From a virus (Duplodnaviria; Heunggongvirae; Uroviricota; Caudoviricetes): DNA of 64,000 nucleotides. This document shows, piece by piece, positions 10,082 to 19,137 of this stretch. The translations under genes were made by a program, and so were the position numbers. The stretch is from IMG/VR virus record IMGVR_UViG_3300032167_007646; one strand, written 5' to 3'. The notes under the pieces are model-generated. The model was not told the DNA's origin, did not search any database, and saw only the letters and a program-made list of their open reading frames with translations. Numbering within the stretch: the first letter of the stretch is position 1; each line of letters begins with the position of its first letter.

Positions 10082-10408
10082 TTAATAATCTTTACTATAT
10101 CCTAATTTTTCTTGAAGTATTTTTATATTACTATTATGACTATTTGCCTTAAACATATATTCACTTGATTTCTTATTTGCTTCTATCATACAAGTATATT
10201 CTTCTGCAATCTTTTTTAAAATTTCTTCTTGTTCTACTGTAACATCCGCTTTACCAACTACAGAGCCAAAAGAAATAGAGCGTTTCATACCATTAGACTG
10301 AAAAACATCATAATAAGATTCTCTTTTATTCACATAAACAACTATAGCATCAAAATGATTAGAATAAATACCAAACTTTCTTATATCTCCTACCTTTAAT
10401 GCTGCCAT
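10082..10408 (-). CDS. Hypothetical protein, paralog family A (short)
   Basis: LKVGDIRKFG...YYDVFQSNG. Confidence 0.75.
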   Translation of the reverse strand: MAALKVGDIRKFGIYSNHFDAIVVYVNKRESYYDVFQSNGMKRSISFGSVVGKADVTVEQEEILKKIAEEYTCMIEANKKSSEYMFKANSHNSNIKILQEKLGYSKDY

Positions 10409-10426
10409 AATATCACTTCCCTATAA

Positions 10427-10732
10427 TTACATTTTGTTTGCTAAATAAGAACTAAGAAACATAAAGTTTAAAATGTCACAGGTATATCTTTTACTATATT
10501 CTTCTACAATAGGCTTTGCATAAGCGTCTAATGCTTCATTAGGAATAATCACAATAACATATATAGTTTCAACTTTTCTACCGTCATATTTTGATTCTCT
10601 ACAAACAACACTTATATTTCTATTTGATATACCATCTGCCTTAAATCTATCTCTTATTTCCTTTGCAATACCTTTTGTTTTATTTGAAATCATATAAAGC
10701 ACCTCCTCAAAAACATATATTATCACACTCAC
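10427..10732 (-). CDS. Hypothetical protein, LPD29-like; paralog of 61425
   Basis: AKEIRDRFKADGISNRNISVVCR resembles ANEIRGTLKENGVPYGYVSVTCH. Confidence 0.6.
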   Translation of the reverse strand: MSVIIYVFEEVLYMISNKTKGIAKEIRDRFKADGISNRNISVVCRESKYDGRKVETIYVIVIIPNEALDAYAKPIVEEYSKRYTCDILNFMFLSSYLANKM

Positions 10733-11328
10733 TTTTTACTATTTTTACCCATAGTATAAGCCTGCATTAATGCCTCTTTTAAACCCCATACAGACACCTC
10801 ATGAAAATCTAAGCCATCAGAATTTCTTGTTTCTAATGTTTCAATACCTAAGACACTATTTGCAATGTTTTCTAAACCTTTATCCACAGACAACTTACCC
10901 TCTTTTACTGCTTTCATACTATCAGCAGTTGAACGTTTTAAATCATTCAAGGAAGTATGTGTATCTAGCCAATAAGCATACTGACATAAACTCTCACGAA
11001 TATTAGCATCTGTAAACATATATTTACTTAATGCTAACATTTTCCAAGACTTACCCTTCTTAACACTATATCTATATGTAAAAGTATAAGTACCATTTTT
11101 CTCTACAAAATCTATAATACTTAAACTTTCATTATCTGTTTCAATAGATAAATGGTTATTATCAGACAAATTAAAAGTATAACCATAATTTTTCATTAAA
11201 TTTTGCATTTGTATTTTTATATTTCTTGTTGACATATCAATCATCCTCCACTTTAAGATATATTCTACTTTCCTTCTTCTCCCATTCATATTGAGAAAAA
11301 TCCCCGTCCTCCGTTCTAAATCTACCAT
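10729..11328 (-). CDS. Protein with C-terminal DUF6900-like domain
   Basis: IANSVLGIETLETRNSDGLDFHEVSVWGLKEALMQAY. Confidence 0.8.
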   Translation of the reverse strand: MVDLERRTGIFLNMNGRRRKVEYILKWRMIDMSTRNIKIQMQNLMKNYGYTFNLSDNNHLSIETDNESLSIIDFVEKNGTYTFTYRYSVKKGKSWKMLALSKYMFTDANIRESLCQYAYWLDTHTSLNDLKRSTADSMKAVKEGKLSVDKGLENIANSVLGIETLETRNSDGLDFHEVSVWGLKEALMQAYTMGKNSKK

Positions 11329-11494
11329 ACATTAAATCAACTTCTGTTATTTCATGAAGTTCACCATCACCATTTTTCCAATAAAATCTATGATAATATT
11401 CAGGATTAAAAGTCTTTGGAGTTTCTTCCAATATTTCTTTTATCAAAATATCAAACATCTCTTTCAATGAAACATTCTTATAACTTATCATCAC
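11237..11494 (-). CDS. Hypothetical protein
   Basis: 85 aa with RBS; the overlap implies the 10729 gene really starts near 11235. Confidence 0.65.
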   Translation of the reverse strand: MMISYKNVSLKEMFDILIKEILEETPKTFNPEYYHRFYWKNGDGELHEITEVDLMYGRFRTEDGDFSQYEWEKKESRIYLKVEDD

Positions 11495-11511
11495 TTAACC
11501 CTCACTATTCC

Positions 11512-12306
11512 TTAATATATACTTCTTGCTATTGCTATTGCATTATCTTTTGTTAATTTACAAGTTGTCAAATGTAGTTTGTACTCTCTCTTATAAACTA
11601 AATCACCATATTCTACTTTTAAATTTACATTATTTCTATCAGCAACAAAGAAAAATCCTGAATTTTTTAATTGTTGCAAATCTACTGAAAAAATAGTTTC
11701 AGACTTTTTAGATAATTTTTCTAACAATAATTGATATGCTCTATGACCTTTATCAGCATAACGAACAACTTTACCATTATAACTTGTTACTCTATCTTTT
11801 ATAAAAGGATAATCTTCTTGTGTTACATTTTCTTTCAAATATCTTTCCTCTATAAAAATAATTTCTACCCTATCCATTTCTTTTACTTCTATTTTCATTC
11901 TATAAGGATTTTCCTTAAATATTTTTGTTCTAACTTCATCAGAAAAACTTTGATACAACATACCATAAAAATCATCTTTTGTAAATAATCCTTTTTCTGT
12001 TCTTAAAGATGCCTCTAATTTACCAAATTTTTCTGTTACTTCCTTATGTTTCTTTTCTAATTCTGCCATTTTTGTATTTATACCCGCTATCTCCCACAAA
12101 CAAGAAGATATTTCTTCTAATGTATTTCTTTCTCTCTCAGGTAATTTTGCTTCTTTATACATAAAAGATGTTGGTACACTAACTCTATCTCCATCTTTTG
12201 TAATAACAGTATATTTATTATTCATCATACCTGAAATTAAGCCTACTACACCATTCTCAAATTCTTTTATTTGTCCTATTCTTGCTTTTTCAATCATACT
12301 CATCAA
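11512..12306 (-). CDS. Hypothetical protein, paralog family A
   Basis: ARIGQIKEFENGVVGLI, then coiled coil. Confidence 0.8.
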   Translation of the reverse strand: MMSMIEKARIGQIKEFENGVVGLISGMMNNKYTVITKDGDRVSVPTSFMYKEAKLPERERNTLEEISSCLWEIAGINTKMAELEKKHKEVTEKFGKLEASLRTEKGLFTKDDFYGMLYQSFSDEVRTKIFKENPYRMKIEVKEMDRVEIIFIEERYLKENVTQEDYPFIKDRVTSYNGKVVRYADKGHRAYQLLLEKLSKKSETIFSVDLQQLKNSGFFFVADRNNVNLKVEYGDLVYKREYKLHLTTCKLTKDNAIAIARSIY

Positions 12307-12309
12307 CTC

Positions 12310-13080
12310 CTAATTTAGAATTTTACATCTTCTCAAACCATTCTCAAAATACTCTGGATTTAATTCAATACCTATACATTTCCTATCTAAATCAAGAGCA
12401 ACTTTACAAGTAGTAAAACTACCACTAAATGGGTCCAAAACAACATCACCTTTATTACTTGAGGCTAAAATAACCCTTTTTAATAGTTCTTCTGGTTTCT
12501 GTGTAGGATGATTTTGATATTCTGCCATTCTAAATCTAACCCTATTCATATTCCACACATTACCTGGAACTTTCTTTGTATTATAAGGTTGAGGAGGATT
12601 TTTTCTATAATCTATCAATTTCCTCTCACTACCTGTTTTTGCTTCTACCAATATATCTTCTGCATTAAAAGTATATTTAGATTTACTTGTTTTAGTACAC
12701 ATTATAATTGGCTCATATAAAGAACCAAATTTATTTTTTGCCTGCACTCCTGAACTATCATAAGTCCATACAATACGATTTACAACATTATAATTTTCTG
12801 ATACATAAATATCTAAATAAGGCATATATTGAGTTGAAGTCATTATGTAAAAAGTACCATTATCTTTTAATATTCTAAAACACTCATCTATCCAACTATA
12901 ACACCACTTCAAATACTCTTTATAATCTTTCCACTTATCAGAATCATTACCAAAATCTTTTCCTATATTATAAGGTGCATCAGCAAATATCAAATCTACT
13001 GTTTTATCATTTATATCTTTTAATGCTAATAAACAATCTTCATTATAAAATATATTATCATCAACTATACTTTTTATCAT
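12310..13080 (-). CDS. yhdJ: Beta-class DNA adenine methyltransferase, YhdJ-like
   Basis: LIFADAPYNIGK (motif IV variant), VWTYDSSGVQAK, EAKTGSERKLIDYRKNPPQPYN, HPTQKPEELL, VLDPFSGSFTT; strongly recalls E. coli YhdJ. Confidence 0.85.
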   Translation of the reverse strand: MIKSIVDDNIFYNEDCLLALKDINDKTVDLIFADAPYNIGKDFGNDSDKWKDYKEYLKWCYSWIDECFRILKDNGTFYIMTSTQYMPYLDIYVSENYNVVNRIVWTYDSSGVQAKNKFGSLYEPIIMCTKTSKSKYTFNAEDILVEAKTGSERKLIDYRKNPPQPYNTKKVPGNVWNMNRVRFRMAEYQNHPTQKPEELLKRVILASSNKGDVVLDPFSGSFTTCKVALDLDRKCIGIELNPEYFENGLRRCKILN

Positions 13081-13089
13081 CTCTAACCC

Positions 13090-13380
13090 CTACTTTGTAA
13101 AATGAATTATCAAATACTCCATTACTTCTACTAAATTCTTGAAAATCTTATTTACAGAAACCATACCTATGTGACCATTTACAGTATCTTTATAAATAAT
13201 CATCCAATCAACACTAGAAGTTTGACCATTTCTTTTTGGTGGTCTTAAAACAATTTCACCACTTGCATTAAAAGGTTCTAAACCTAACCATTTTGCAAAC
13301 TCATTTATATTCTTACTATTCCATCTCTTTATTTTACCACAATATTTAATTGCTTCTTGTCTTGTTTTCATATTTATCAC
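13090..13380 (-). CDS. Hypothetical protein
   Basis: 96-aa ORF in operon. Confidence 0.65.
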   Translation of the reverse strand: MINMKTRQEAIKYCGKIKRWNSKNINEFAKWLGLEPFNASGEIVLRPPKRNGQTSSVDWMIIYKDTVNGHIGMVSVNKIFKNLVEVMEYLIIHFTK

Positions 13381-13988
13381 CCTCTTAATATACTTTCAAC
13401 ATCTCTTTTTGCCTGTGGATAACTCTTATAATGAACACATTTAATTCCTAATTTATCTGCTGGTCTTAAATTTGATATTTTATCATCTATAAACAAACAT
13501 TGTTCAGGAATTAAATTAAAATCATTTATCATTTTCAAATAAATATTTATATCTGGTTTTATCATTTTCACATCACAAGACCATATACCACCATTAAACT
13601 TACCTACAAAATCTAATGCTTTCATATTTGCACCACGAACATAATCCGAATAATTTGAAAGAAATAATACCCTATATCCTCTTTTCTTATATTCTTCTAT
13701 CCAAGAATGTGCAAATGAATATTGTTTAACACATTCACCTATTCTACTAAAAGCATAAGTTATTTCTTTTCTATAATTAGGTGCAAAAGAAACACAATTC
13801 TCTAAAAATTGTTCTTTTGTATATCTACCTGCATCAAAATCTATGTAATTAGAATTTTCAAATATACATTTTGCAACTACTTTACAAGTCTTTTCATCAT
13901 CAAACAACCTTCTTAAAAATGCTTTATAATGCCAACTAACCAAAACACTACCTATATCAAAAATTATAGTTGTTATCAATGAAATCAC
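13377..13988 (-). CDS. HAD-family phosphatase (YihX-like)
   Basis: IIFDIGSVL, LSN, KPDINIY, LFIDDK motifs I-IV. Confidence 0.9.
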   Translation of the reverse strand: MISLITTIIFDIGSVLVSWHYKAFLRRLFDDEKTCKVVAKCIFENSNYIDFDAGRYTKEQFLENCVSFAPNYRKEITYAFSRIGECVKQYSFAHSWIEEYKKRGYRVLFLSNYSDYVRGANMKALDFVGKFNGGIWSCDVKMIKPDINIYLKMINDFNLIPEQCLFIDDKISNLRPADKLGIKCVHYKSYPQAKRDVESILRG

Positions 13989-13995
13989 TCCTACT

Positions 13996-14367
13996 TTATC
14001 TCTTTTTATTTACATAATTTATATATGACGCAAAATAACCATTCTTTAGATATTTAGAAGGTATTTTCAAACTATTTATTGCATCACATAATTTAGACAT
14101 TCTAATCCATTCACTAGTAAATAATTTTATTTCTTTTGTTGAAAACTTATCTTTTCCATCCACCCAAGCCTCTGCATTTAAACCTATTCTTCTATCCGTA
14201 GGAAAAGTAAAACTACACATTATATACTTATCTAAAAAAGGATATTTCAAATTAGAAAGAACTATTTTATCATTATTACAAGAATCTTTTTCAGGCATTA
14301 CAGAAATACAAAAACCTGCTTGATTACACAAATCCACAACTCTATCACATATATTTTCAATATCCAT
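13996..14367 (-). CDS. Hypothetical protein, paralog family B
   Basis: STKEIKLFTSEWIRMSKLCDAINSLKIP. Confidence 0.75.
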   Translation of the reverse strand: MDIENICDRVVDLCNQAGFCISVMPEKDSCNNDKIVLSNLKYPFLDKYIMCSFTFPTDRRIGLNAEAWVDGKDKFSTKEIKLFTSEWIRMSKLCDAINSLKIPSKYLKNGYFASYINYVNKKR

Positions 14368-14384
14368 AATAAAACCACCTTATA

Positions 14385-14786
14385 TTATAAAATTCTAAAA
14401 TGCTTCCCACATTTTTTATAAGATTTTTTTAATAACTCTTCTAATTTACCATTTTCTAAATACACTTTTGGAATTTTGATTGAATTTATCATATCTGATA
14501 TTTCACTTATTGCAACCCAATGTTTTGAAATCTTTTCAATTTCTTTTGTAGATAAATTAAAAATACCATTTATTGACATACAAGGTCTACAATTTATATA
14601 TTTACTATTTCTATTTACATCATCATCAAATGTTAAACAATTTAAAACCCATTTTGGTGCATAATAATATAAATAAATACCATAACTTTTACTAAATTGA
14701 TAATAATATAATGTAACTCTGTAACCTCTGTCAAAACAATATTTTACAAGATTATCTATTTGATATTCTATATCCATAATAAGCAC
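14385..14786 (-). CDS. Hypothetical protein, paralog family B
   Basis: STKEIEKISKHWVAISEISDMINSIKIP. Confidence 0.75.
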   Translation of the reverse strand: MLIMDIEYQIDNLVKYCFDRGYRVTLYYYQFSKSYGIYLYYYAPKWVLNCLTFDDDVNRNSKYINCRPCMSINGIFNLSTKEIEKISKHWVAISEISDMINSIKIPKVYLENGKLEELLKKSYKKCGKHFRIL

Positions 14787-14792
14787 CTACTC

Positions 14793-15209
14793 TTAATTCT
14801 TTATCACAAATCTTTTACCTATTTCCCTATATCCTTCAGACATAAAATTATAAAACCACTCATCACCTACGCCATTACCAACAAAGGTAGGCATTTTTAC
14901 AATATTTAATTCTTTATTAAAAGCATTTATTTTTAACCACATATCACATAAATCAATTATTTCTTTATCAGTTAATTCACCATATTTATCTATATATTCA
15001 CTTATAGCTACTGAAGCATACCAATATGTTAAACCACTCTGATTTGCAGAATACCAGGGTTTCACTAATTCAAAAATATTTTCATTAATCTCTGACTTAA
15101 CTTTCAGAAATAATTCTGTTGGATAATATTTATTTCTAACAGCATAAAATTTAAAACCATACTTTTCTGCTATCTCTATATACTTTTTTACCATATTTTT
15201 ATGAGTCAT
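14793..15209 (-). CDS. Hypothetical protein, paralog family B
   Basis: TDKEIIDLCDMWLKINAFNKELNIVKMP. Confidence 0.75.
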   Translation of the reverse strand: MTHKNMVKKYIEIAEKYGFKFYAVRNKYYPTELFLKVKSEINENIFELVKPWYSANQSGLTYWYASVAISEYIDKYGELTDKEIIDLCDMWLKINAFNKELNIVKMPTFVGNGVGDEWFYNFMSEGYREIGKRFVIKN

Positions 15210-15221
15210 AATAACAACCCC

Positions 15222-15617
15222 TTATTTTCTTTTTCTTGCCAATATATCCCTAACACATTCTTTTATTTCTTCAGGACTATCCTCAATTTTTAATTCATTT
15301 AATGTATTACAAGCATTTAATAGTCTTTTCCAATGAGCACAAACTACTTCAGCAAAATCACAAGTCATAAACCCTGAACCACCTGATAATCTACAAGGTT
15401 CTGCATAAAAATATAAACTACAAATCTTCTCATTATTTGAATAAAATTTCCTTAAATGCATTCTAACCCAGCTAGTAGGTTCAACAGAATTTTCATTATT
15501 TGGTACTATAAACAAGCTACCATACCCTAAATCAAAATGATAACCTAATTCTGTTATAACTGTATCTACTTTTTTTAATTTCTTTCTTAATTCTTGATTT
15601 AACATTACACTTTCCAC
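15222..15617 (-). CDS. Hypothetical protein, paralog family B (divergent)
   Basis: AEVVCAHWKRLLNACNTLNELKIE. Confidence 0.7.
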   Translation of the reverse strand: MESVMLNQELRKKLKKVDTVITELGYHFDLGYGSLFIVPNNENSVEPTSWVRMHLRKFYSNNEKICSLYFYAEPCRLSGGSGFMTCDFAEVVCAHWKRLLNACNTLNELKIEDSPEEIKECVRDILARKRK

Positions 15618-15817
15618 CCTTTGCTAAAATAAATACCTTTTAAAAAACTTAAACACTCATACGCATTATGCATACTTACTACTAATTTTTCTCCCGTTTT
15701 ATTATCAATCAATTCATAAATATCACAATTAAAATCAGGTCCTACACAAACAGTCAAATCCATATCTGTTTCATTATTTATTCTTTCTACCATTTTCTCA
15801 CATAATTTATATTCCAT
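15605..15817 (-). CDS. Hypothetical protein
   Basis: 70 aa with AGGAG RBS. Confidence 0.65.
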   Translation of the reverse strand: MEYKLCEKMVERINNETDMDLTVCVGPDFNCDIYELIDNKTGEKLVVSMHNAYECLSFLKGIYFSKGWKV

Positions 15818-15828
15818 AACTTAACTCC

Positions 15829-16428
15829 TTAAATATAATCCAAATACACCCTTTGATTCTCTGGTGCTTGATATAAATAATATCTTAAACACTTATCATA
15901 ATTCATAAAATACTCACTATTATTATGTGTTATTTCTGGATTATTTAATGTCTCATTCAAACAACGAACTATATTCTGTAACAATGTCTTATGTAAAGAC
16001 TGCATCCCTGGCATTATACCCTCTTTGAATAATAAATCATTTTTCATCCATAAAGGACAGCCTAACATATGCTTATCTACCTGCGAAACACCAAACAACC
16101 TATTCGCTAAATCTGCACTACTTCTACTACGAGGGTCATCATCAAAATACCTAATACCCTGTTGAGAAAACATATATAATGATTTCATAACTGTATAGTG
16201 CATTTTCATTATCATATTACTTGTTGTTATATCTTTTTTAAAGTCCTTTACTATTGTTGAATTAACATTATTCTCCATTAAAGTAAATACTGTTTTACTC
16301 TGTATTTTAACTGCTTTTAGCATTTTATGTTGCTCATACATATCAACTTGACTTAAAGTAACATTAGCCTGTGAACACAACTTAAATAATTTTGTGATTT
16401 CTTCCTCTAATCTTGTCATAACAATCAA
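15829..16428 (-). CDS. Hypothetical helical protein
   Basis: 199 aa, RBS, first gene of a motif-preceded unit. Confidence 0.75.
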   Translation of the reverse strand: MIVMTRLEEEITKLFKLCSQANVTLSQVDMYEQHKMLKAVKIQSKTVFTLMENNVNSTIVKDFKKDITTSNMIMKMHYTVMKSLYMFSQQGIRYFDDDPRSRSSADLANRLFGVSQVDKHMLGCPLWMKNDLLFKEGIMPGMQSLHKTLLQNIVRCLNETLNNPEITHNNSEYFMNYDKCLRYYLYQAPENQRVYLDYI

Positions 16429-16514
16429 CTCCTTATAAATCTGCTATACTAAATTATACTTATTAGACTGTTATTTATGTTTTTATTAACTTAATTATGT
16501 CCAAACTTTATTCA

Positions 16515-17000
16515 TTATTCTTCTACTAAAAGGTAAAAACCTTTCTTCAAATATAAAGAAAGAGCAACAGTATTATCTTCATCAACCTGTAAAAAAACAT
16601 CTGCCAAACCCTCTTCATATAATTTTTTTAATATACCATCTAAATAATAAGAACCTAAACCTTTTCCCCTATATTCATCAACTAAACAAAAGTCATATAA
16701 ACAAGCTGAATTTTCAAAATAATCCAAACAAAAACAACCTATATTCTTATCATCTCTTTGAATTAAAAATAAATCAAAAGAAGAAGTTAAATTAGAACAA
16801 AAATAAACAATATATAATAACCACCTAAATTTCGATATAATTTTTTTCTTTTTCAAATTTTTCTCAAAACAATCTATAAAAATAGAGGTATAAATTATAT
16901 AATCCTTTATTCTTTTACAGCAATAAAATGAGTTACCGTAATCAGTATCTACACAAGACAACAAATCTTTAACATAAAAAATATCATTACTTTTACTCAT
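16515..17000 (-). CDS. GNAT-family N-acetyltransferase
   Basis: YRGKGLGS acetyl-CoA motif A; LQVDEDNTVALSLYLKKGF. Confidence 0.85.
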   Translation of the reverse strand: MSKSNDIFYVKDLLSCVDTDYGNSFYCCKRIKDYIIYTSIFIDCFEKNLKKKKIISKFRWLLYIVYFCSNLTSSFDLFLIQRDDKNIGCFCLDYFENSACLYDFCLVDEYRGKGLGSYYLDGILKKLYEEGLADVFLQVDEDNTVALSLYLKKGFYLLVEE

Positions 17001-17668
17001 TTTATCACCTGTTTATCTTCTTCTAAAATCCTTAACACTTCTAATAATTCAGGTAAATAATCTGGCAAACTATTATATTCTTCTTCTTTAATTTCTACAT
17101 TTAATTTTCTAACATCTTGTAAAATAACTCTATAATATGCTACACAATCTCTGGAACCTTTTGTAACTGATACCAAATCTATGAAAGTATATGTATCTGT
17201 CTTTGATATTATATAAGGTGTATCAACTTCTTTATTAAATACTATAATTTCTGACCCATTAGTAGAATTTAAAGTTGTATTCAATTTCTCAACCAAATCA
17301 ATCATAATAGACTTATTAACATTATTATTAACTTCTAAAATAGTAGAAGTAATACTTATACAATTTTTACCAACATTAACAGAAGTCATAGAACCCTCAT
17401 TATTTACTTCTAAATTTGAATTATTATAAGCTAATAAATTATAACTTTTACCATTATAATCCATTGGCACAAAACTTAATTTACTCTCTGAACTTATCTC
17501 TACACCACTCTTTGTAATAGCATAATAATGTTCTATTCCCTTACAATATAACCCCTGTGAACCTATTACACCCAATATACAAAATAAAAGAAAACTAATT
17601 ACCAATACTACCAACATTTTCTTCATATTCCACAATTCCCCCATCATTATCTTCACTAACTTCCTCAC
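16997..17668 (-). CDS. Hypothetical exported/membrane-anchored protein
   Basis: MKKMLVVLVISFLLFCILG signal/TM; true start probably about 17626. Confidence 0.7.
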   Translation of the reverse strand: MRKLVKIMMGELWNMKKMLVVLVISFLLFCILGVIGSQGLYCKGIEHYYAITKSGVEISSESKLSFVPMDYNGKSYNLLAYNNSNLEVNNEGSMTSVNVGKNCISITSTILEVNNNVNKSIMIDLVEKLNTTLNSTNGSEIIVFNKEVDTPYIISKTDTYTFIDLVSVTKGSRDCVAYYRVILQDVRKLNVEIKEEEYNSLPDYLPELLEVLRILEEDKQVIK

Positions 17669-18143
17669 CCTCGCACCAAGAAGAATCTAAATGACACATA
17701 AATTCTACAACTTCTATAAGACACCAATTTAACAAAATTGCACAATTATCTACAATCTTTTTCAATGCTTCTACGGGTGTTAAATTTTGACTTAATTTCT
17801 TTATAAAAATCTCATCACTATTATAACATATATCAAACTCATTGTCAATATTCTTAAACAATTTATTTAAGTCTATATCACTTAAATACAAACCTTTAAC
17901 ATAACGAGATAATCTTAAATATGTCTCAATATTTTGATAACTCTCACTACTCACATGACCACTACAACTATCTAAAACAATAAAACCTTTTTTTTGCAAA
18001 TCCAAAACTATTGGCAATATAGTATCATCTACATCACACAAAGTTCCAGTACAATTTCTTATAGGACAAATAAATGTACCTTTAACTGACTTTAAGTAAC
18101 TTAAATCAAAACTATTACCACATTCTAAACATACATAAGCCAT
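17595..18143 (-). CDS. Hypothetical Zn-ribbon protein
   Basis: CLECG...CPIRNC N-terminus and KKGFIVLDSCSGH motif; acidic tail. Confidence 0.7.
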   Translation of the reverse strand: MAYVCLECGNSFDLSYLKSVKGTFICPIRNCTGTLCDVDDTILPIVLDLQKKGFIVLDSCSGHVSSESYQNIETYLRLSRYVKGLYLSDIDLNKLFKNIDNEFDICYNSDEIFIKKLSQNLTPVEALKKIVDNCAILLNWCLIEVVEFMCHLDSSWCEGEEVSEDNDGGIVEYEENVGSIGN

Positions 18144-18225
18144 AATATCACACCCTTTCTTTATTTTAAATTATAATAAACTGTTTATTTTTCTGTCCAT
18201 TTAAAATTACTTTTTGCCCAAATAA

Positions 18226-18249
18226 ATAGACAGCCAAAAGGCTGTCTAT
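18226..18249 (-). terminator. Intrinsic terminator
   Basis: atagacagcc-aaaa-ggctgtctat. Confidence 0.8.
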
Positions 18250-18264
18250 CTATTGAAATAAAAA

Positions 18265-18552
18265 TTATTCTATTTCTTTTCCATCATAAACTTTTTTTGA
18301 TTTACGAACTTCTTCTGCTGCCATATCCTCTACACTTAAAGAACATTTAGAACAAGAATTACCATAAATTTCATCCATAAGTTTTGTAGGATTTTCCTTT
18401 GCAAGAGCCTTAAGGTCTCTACCTGATTTTGTAGTTACTACTTTAACAGAAGTATCTTCACATTCAGAACATCTTCTATAAACCTTATAATGTCTTGCTT
18501 TACCATTTATTAACTTCTTGATAAAACCCATTTCTCTGCACCTCCTATACAA
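18265..18552 (-). CDS. Small Zn-finger-like protein
   Basis: CSEC and CSKC pairs. Confidence 0.65.
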   Translation of the reverse strand: MYRRCREMGFIKKLINGKARHYKVYRRCSECEDTSVKVVTTKSGRDLKALAKENPTKLMDEIYGNSCSKCSLSVEDMAAEEVRKSKKVYDGKEIE

Positions 18553-18613
18553 ACCACTCTAAAATGTGAACTTTTATATTAGAATACTCAACTCTTGGAG
18601 TATTTTTACAGTT

Positions 18614-19135
18614 TTATTCTTGTGATACTAATACTTCACAATATTTATAAATTTTCTCAAACATATCTTCAGGGAATTTAAATCTTGTTTCTTGCCTTAC
18701 CTTTACAAAATCTAAAAAATCTGTGCCATATTGCATAGAACGGGCATACCAATCACATACCATTTCCAGAATATCTAATTCACTCATCTTATCAAATTCC
18801 TCAAAATGTTCAGGATGATGTCTATTATTTTCCCAATGCTTTTCAATTACATCCTTTTCACTATTTGATAATTGAACATTTGGATTTATAAAAGCACTTT
18901 GATTACCATAAATGCTTGATAATAACTCTAATTCAGGTCCTATTAATTTTGAATTATCATGAATATTTGCCCTATTTAATAACATTATTGCTAAATCTTG
19001 CTCATTTATAGAATCCAAATATTTACTCATTTTAACACACGCAGAAATTACAAAAGACTTATGCAACATAGTTTCTTGTATATGAGAAAACATTTTTGAA
19101 TTCAAAGCATTATTACTATTACTTATCATACGCAA
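18614..19135 (-). CDS. HD-superfamily-like metal-dependent hydrolase (DUF5662-like)
   Basis: H...HDNSK...HW..NRHHPEHF...EMVCDWYAR metal-ligand pattern. Confidence 0.7.
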   Translation of the reverse strand: MRMISNSNNALNSKMFSHIQETMLHKSFVISACVKMSKYLDSINEQDLAIMLLNRANIHDNSKLIGPELELLSSIYGNQSAFINPNVQLSNSEKDVIEKHWENNRHHPEHFEEFDKMSELDILEMVCDWYARSMQYGTDFLDFVKVRQETRFKFPEDMFEKIYKYCEVLVSQE

Positions 19136-19137
19136 AC

